From IMG/VR virus record IMGVR_UViG_3300032330_000970: DNA of 20,000 bases. One strand, given 5' to 3'. Below, in pieces: positions 16,676 through 20,000 of this stretch. The position numbers were made by a program, and so were the translations under genes. Below the pieces are notes generated by a model. The model saw only the letters and a program-made list of their open reading frames with translations, did no database searches and was not told the DNA's origin. Source of the DNA: an uncultured virus (IMG/VR IMGVR_UViG_3300032330_000970). Its lineage: Duplodnaviria > Heunggongvirae > Uroviricota > Caudoviricetes. How positions within the stretch are numbered: the stretch's first letter is position 1; every line of letters begins with the position of its first letter.

Positions 16676-16985
16676 GCAGAAGCTGACCAATGCCCAGCTT
16701 GAGAGGATAAAGATTCAGGGCTTTATTAGCATCTATGCCGATGACGAGCACAAAGAAAACATCATCCTAGCCGATGGCTTGGACAAAGCTTTCATTGGGC
16801 TTGCCTATCGAGATGGTGAACACGGAGCACAAGTGGCGGTGTATGGAATTTTTTCCTGCATCGACACACTCGTGAAACAAAACAAATGGGATTGGGACGA
16901 AGCTGAAGAATACTTCAACTTCAATACCCGCTGGGCTTATGTCGGCGAGTATACCCCAATGTTCATTGAGGAGATGCCACGATGA
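16650..16985 (+). CDS. Conserved phage hypothetical protein
   Basis: ADG.D.AFIG...VAVY...EAEEYF.FN...AYVGE.TP.F resembles a pattern recalled from aquatic phage proteins; not verified by search. Confidence 0.75.
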   Translation: MATKTKSVKQKLTNAQLERIKIQGFISIYADDEHKENIILADGLDKAFIGLAYRDGEHGAQVAVYGIFSCIDTLVKQNKWDWDEAEEYFNFNTRWAYVGEYTPMFIEEMPR

Positions 16986-17230
16986 CTGCCAAGCTGACAC
17001 CTCAAGAGATTAGGCAAGGCGACACCGTGTGGTGGCGCGGAAGCTTTGGCAATGATGGCTGGGAGAAGGCGAAGGTTCATCGGATTGAACTCGTTCGCCC
17101 AGGCCAAAAAGAAAACGGACTCCTTGTGCCTTGGGTGCCTACAACCATTATCGAGAACTGTGTTTTCGATTTGGACAATGGGCATTGGGCATATGGATAT
17201 CAAATCAAACCAGTGGAGGAAACACTATGA
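16982..17230 (+). CDS. Hypothetical beta-rich protein
   Basis: GAGGAG Shine-Dalgarno; ATGA-coupled. Confidence 0.7.
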   Translation: MTAKLTPQEIRQGDTVWWRGSFGNDGWEKAKVHRIELVRPGQKENGLLVPWVPTTIIENCVFDLDNGHWAYGYQIKPVEETL

Positions 17231-17478
17231 GCGTGCAACAACTAAACTGCGGAACTATGATAACAGGAGAAAGCATCAATAGGTTTCGCCTATTGATGGC
17301 AATCCAAGGCTTGGAGACTCACATTCGATCGGGTGGTCGGATGCGTGTGTCACGAGGCGTAACACCGAAACTTTGTATGGGGATTGTGAGTGGGTTCACT
17401 CGCAAGAAATACAAGAGGACAGACGCGCAGAAAGCGGCTGATGATGGCCGTAACTTCTTAGCTCTGAATGGACTATGA
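17227..17478 (+). CDS. Hypothetical protein
   Basis: Start re-called at 17227 (GGAGG upstream, ATGA overlap). Confidence 0.65.
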   Translation: MSVQQLNCGTMITGESINRFRLLMAIQGLETHIRSGGRMRVSRGVTPKLCMGIVSGFTRKKYKRTDAQKAADDGRNFLALNGL

Positions 17479-17621
17479 GCATCGACCCTAAGCAAGACGG
17501 AGCTAACGGAGGTTATACCGAGGAGGAGCGAGAGATTGTCGAGCAATGTAAGTTCGACGAATACATCGCCACCAAGGATCTAGACGAGGACGGAGAGTCT
17601 GAGTCGGAATCTGAAGAGTAG
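17475..17621 (+). CDS. Small highly acidic protein (48 aa)
   Basis: MSIDPKQDGANGGYTEEEREIVEQCKFDEYIATKDLDEDGESESESEE; ATGA-coupled. Confidence 0.6.
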   Translation: MSIDPKQDGANGGYTEEEREIVEQCKFDEYIATKDLDEDGESESESEE

Positions 17622-17629
17622 TTGTCGCC

Positions 17630-17688
17630 TAGACACTCTGCCCCGTCGCTCGGACGGCGGGGTAGCAGTCTGGCCGATCGGCTGGAAA
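17630..17688 (+). ncRNA. Repeated structured element, copy 2
   Basis: TAGAC-N3-[hairpin]-N2-GTCT-GGCCGATCGGCTGGAAA. Confidence 0.55.
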
Positions 17689-17718
17689 CAAACGAAAACC
17701 AAAATGAAAGGACACAAT

Positions 17719-18036
17719 ATGGAACTAACAATACCATCAGAAGTGGTAGATGAGTTCGGTCGGGCGACCGAGTGGCTCAAACTATCCAATGAGAAACGCA
17801 AAGAATATCGGACTCTATTCCTAGAATCCGCGAAGCAAGGAATCAAAAGCTGGGTGGGCCAGCACTTCACGGTTCAGATGGATGAGCACGATAAGGCAAG
17901 ACTTGCCAAACCTTTGCTCAAATCCAACCTGCTCAAGTATCTGACGCCAGAGCAAGTCAACCACATCATCGATGCTTCAACAGTATCGAGCGAAGAGTGG
18001 CACTTTACGGCGCGAAGGATTCCGACAGGTGAGTGA
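17719..18036 (+). CDS. Hypothetical protein (alternative start at 17704)
   Basis: AAAGGA Shine-Dalgarno before the ATG at 17719. Confidence 0.7.
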   Translation: MELTIPSEVVDEFGRATEWLKLSNEKRKEYRTLFLESAKQGIKSWVGQHFTVQMDEHDKARLAKPLLKSNLLKYLTPEQVNHIIDASTVSSEEWHFTARRIPTGE

Positions 18037-18238
18037 GGCTGTAAAGATTGCAAACGAGATAACAAAGTGGGATGGCTACGCTTTGTTTGACAAAGACAAT
18101 GTATTACTCAACGACCAGTTATTCACACACTACGAACGGGCGCAGAAGATTGCCGCCTGTTACGAGAATGGTGAAGCCATCATCTGGAAAGTTGAACTGA
18201 ACAGAAAGGAAAAAGTCAATGATAATTACGTCATCTAG
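18029..18238 (+). CDS. Hypothetical protein
   Basis: Probable GTG start at 18029, overlapping the upstream gene end. Confidence 0.55.
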   Translation: MSEAVKIANEITKWDGYALFDKDNVLLNDQLFTHYERAQKIAACYENGEAIIWKVELNRKEKVNDNYVI

Positions 18239-20000
18239 AAACACGCCAGTATCGAGCGGGGTTACCGACACGATCGACTACAAGATCGATGTGTCCAATC
18301 TCGGTCACATTGCCAGTATCCTACGCAAAGCTTACTCTGACCCGATCAGAGCGGTTGTGCGTGAGTATGGCACCAATGCCTGCGAGGGTCACATCCTCAA
18401 TGGTAAAACCAACAAGCCCATCCAAGTCTCGCTTCCGACTGGTATGAAGCCAGTCTTTACGATTCGTGACTTCGGCCCTGGACTTGGCAAGGAGAAGTTC
18501 CAAGAGTTGTTCTGCTCGTATGGCGGTAGCGACAAGCGGGCAAGCAACGCCTTCACGGGCTGTCTTGGTATCGGTTGCAAATCGTATGGTGCCTATACGG
18601 ATGCCATTACGGTAGTCGATTGCAACGATGGCATAAAGCGTATCTGGAACTGCCACATTGACGAGAGTGAGGTGGGCAAGGCGTCGCTATTAACCGAGGC
18701 CAAGACCAACGAACCCTCTGGCGTTGAGATATCGATTCCAGTTCGGCCACAAGACATTAGTAGATTCCGCGAAACTGCGATGCAAGTCTATCGTGTCTTT
18801 GATGTTCGTCCCGACATCGTTAACCTATCGCCAGAAGAGAAGAAAGCATATGCCACTCAGACATACAAGGATGGCATTATCAAAGGAACCAACTGGTCTT
18901 TCAATGGTGAAGGCCAAAGCTGGCTCCAGATGGGTCTTGTGCTTTACCCGCTCAAGTCCGACTTCTCTGGCTCACCAGTAATCAAACAGTTGATTGATGC
19001 TGGAGTCTACGTGAGGGTCGATCTTGGCGATGTTCAAGTCGCTCCGTCTCGTGAGGACTTGCAGTATTCGCAGAAGACAATCCAAGGCTTGGTCAAGCAT
19101 CTCAATCCAGTCATTGACTCGATGGGGTCGACCTTGCTTGCCGACATTCAAGCGGCTCCAGATTACTTCCAAGCTCACTTGATCTTGCGTAGGTTCACTG
19201 GCACTGGCGGATATAGTTCCTCCAGTTTCCGTGAAGGCATTGTCAAGAAGCTGAAAGGCAAGCTGAAGTGGAAGGGAATCGATATGCATGACGATAATCG
19301 CATCCCCTTGTGTGCTTCGCCTCTCAAGAAAGATCAGACTGAAATCGAGTTGCTTAAGTCTCACGGCATCACTGCTATGAGTATAGGCAAGCGTAGTTGG
19401 GGCAAGGCTAAGTTCAATGTCGATCGCTCCGTTGACGAGCTGATTGTCCACAAGGACACACTCGTCATGGTCAACGATACTGGCACTGGCTCTGGTGAAG
19501 CTCGCGTTCGTCACTGGTTGATGAACGGTGGTCCGTCTGGCGCGACCGTGACTATCATCAACTTCAAAAACGGTGGCAGGGAGTTCCTTAACAAGACTCT
19601 CCCTTGGTTCGCAACGACGACATTCCAACAGGTATCGTCTCTGCCAATGCCCCCACCGAAACAGAAAGGTGTCGATGCGAATGGTGATGAAGTTGAATAC
19701 GACAAGAATGTCAAACACACCAAGGGGAATGTGTTTGGCTTATATGCCAAGTATCAACGCCAAGACAAGCGTAGTGACTATTGGGGAATCTCAGCAGTAC
19801 CTACGACTGGCAAGAAAGTCTACGTAACACTCGACCAATTCAAGTGGTCAATGCCTGGTAAGGACTACGAGATGGAGGAGTATTATCCTCTGTATCGGGC
19901 AAAAGAATACTTGAAAGCAATCGGGTATTGCGATCAAATCTATGGCGTGAAGGAAGCAGATGTTGACAAGAAGGTTGATGCAACTTGGACTAAATTACAG
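18219..20000 (+). CDS. rIIA: rIIA-like protein with an N-terminal GHKL/HSP90-type ATPase domain (3' partial)
   Basis: Translated by hand: IL.KAYSDPIRAVVREYGTNA, IRDFGPGL, YGGSDKR.SN...G.LGIG.KS..AYTD, EPSGVEISIPV. AAAGGA Shine-Dalgarno. Absent from the ORF track, which fits a frame with no stop before the window end. Confidence 0.85.
   Translation, partial: MIITSSRNTPVSSGVTDTIDYKIDVSNLGHIASILRKAYSDPIRAVVREYGTNACEGHILNGKTNKPIQVSLPTGMKPVFTIRDFGPGLGKEKFQELFCSYGGSDKRASNAFTGCLGIGCKSYGAYTDAITVVDCNDGIKRIWNCHIDESEVGKASLLTEAKTNEPSGVEISIPVRPQDISRFRETAMQVYRVFDVRPDIVNLSPEEKKAYATQTYKDGIIKGTNWSFNGEGQSWLQMGLVLYPLKSDFSGSPVIKQLIDAGVYVRVDLGDVQVAPSREDLQYSQKTIQGLVKHLNPVIDSMGSTLLADIQAAPDYFQAHLILRRFTGTGGYSSSSFREGIVKKLKGKLKWKGIDMHDDNRIPLCASPLKKDQTEIELLKSHGITAMSIGKRSWGKAKFNVDRSVDELIVHKDTLVMVNDTGTGSGEARVRHWLMNGGPSGATVTIINFKNGGREFLNKTLPWFATTTFQQVSSLPMPPPKQKGVDANGDEVEYDKNVKHTKGNVFGLYAKYQRQDKRSDYWGISAVPTTGKKVYVTLDQFKWSMPGKDYEMEEYYPLYRAKEYLKAIGYCDQIYGVKEADVDKKVDATWTKLQ

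Noticed and set aside
17611..17700. Hammerhead ribozyme (CTGAAGA ... CGAAA)
   Set aside because: I could not build the required stems I-III around the core, and the other copy of the element lacks this sequence.
18321..19827. Several track ORFs (18321-18656, 18724-18981, 18972-19718 and others)
   Set aside because: All lie within the long rIIA-like frame as antisense or off-frame shadows.
1..20000. tRNA genes, integrase or alternative genetic code
   Set aside because: No tRNA cloverleaf or recombinase motifs were recognised, and TAA, TAG and TGA all end genes at sensible boundaries.

Overview
This window is a fragment of a tailed dsDNA bacteriophage genome (standard genetic code, dense ATGA/GTGA-coupled genes, almost all on the + strand). 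Bases 1-8637 form a replication module: SNF2-like helicase, a Cas4/DUF2800-like nuclease split over two ORFs, a putative SSB, a DUF5664-like protein, a family A DNA polymerase and a primase-helicase. Next come a secreted 3D-domain protein, an HtrA-like protease, a non-coding origin-like region (about 10480-10800), a glycosyltransferase-like gene and a dCMP deaminase. After an AT-rich/G-tract junction near 12.7-12.85 kb there is an early-type region of small hypothetical genes, an inverted stand-alone terminase-small-subunit-like gene, and an rIIA-like GHKL ATPase that runs off the right end and is missing from the ORF track. The most notable observations are a repeated structured RNA/DNA element with compensatory changes ahead of early genes, the split nuclease, nested inverted repeats around an AT-rich core, leaderless promoters, and a PolA whose motif-B Arg is replaced by Tyr. 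All assignments come from motifs recognised by eye; no searches were run.
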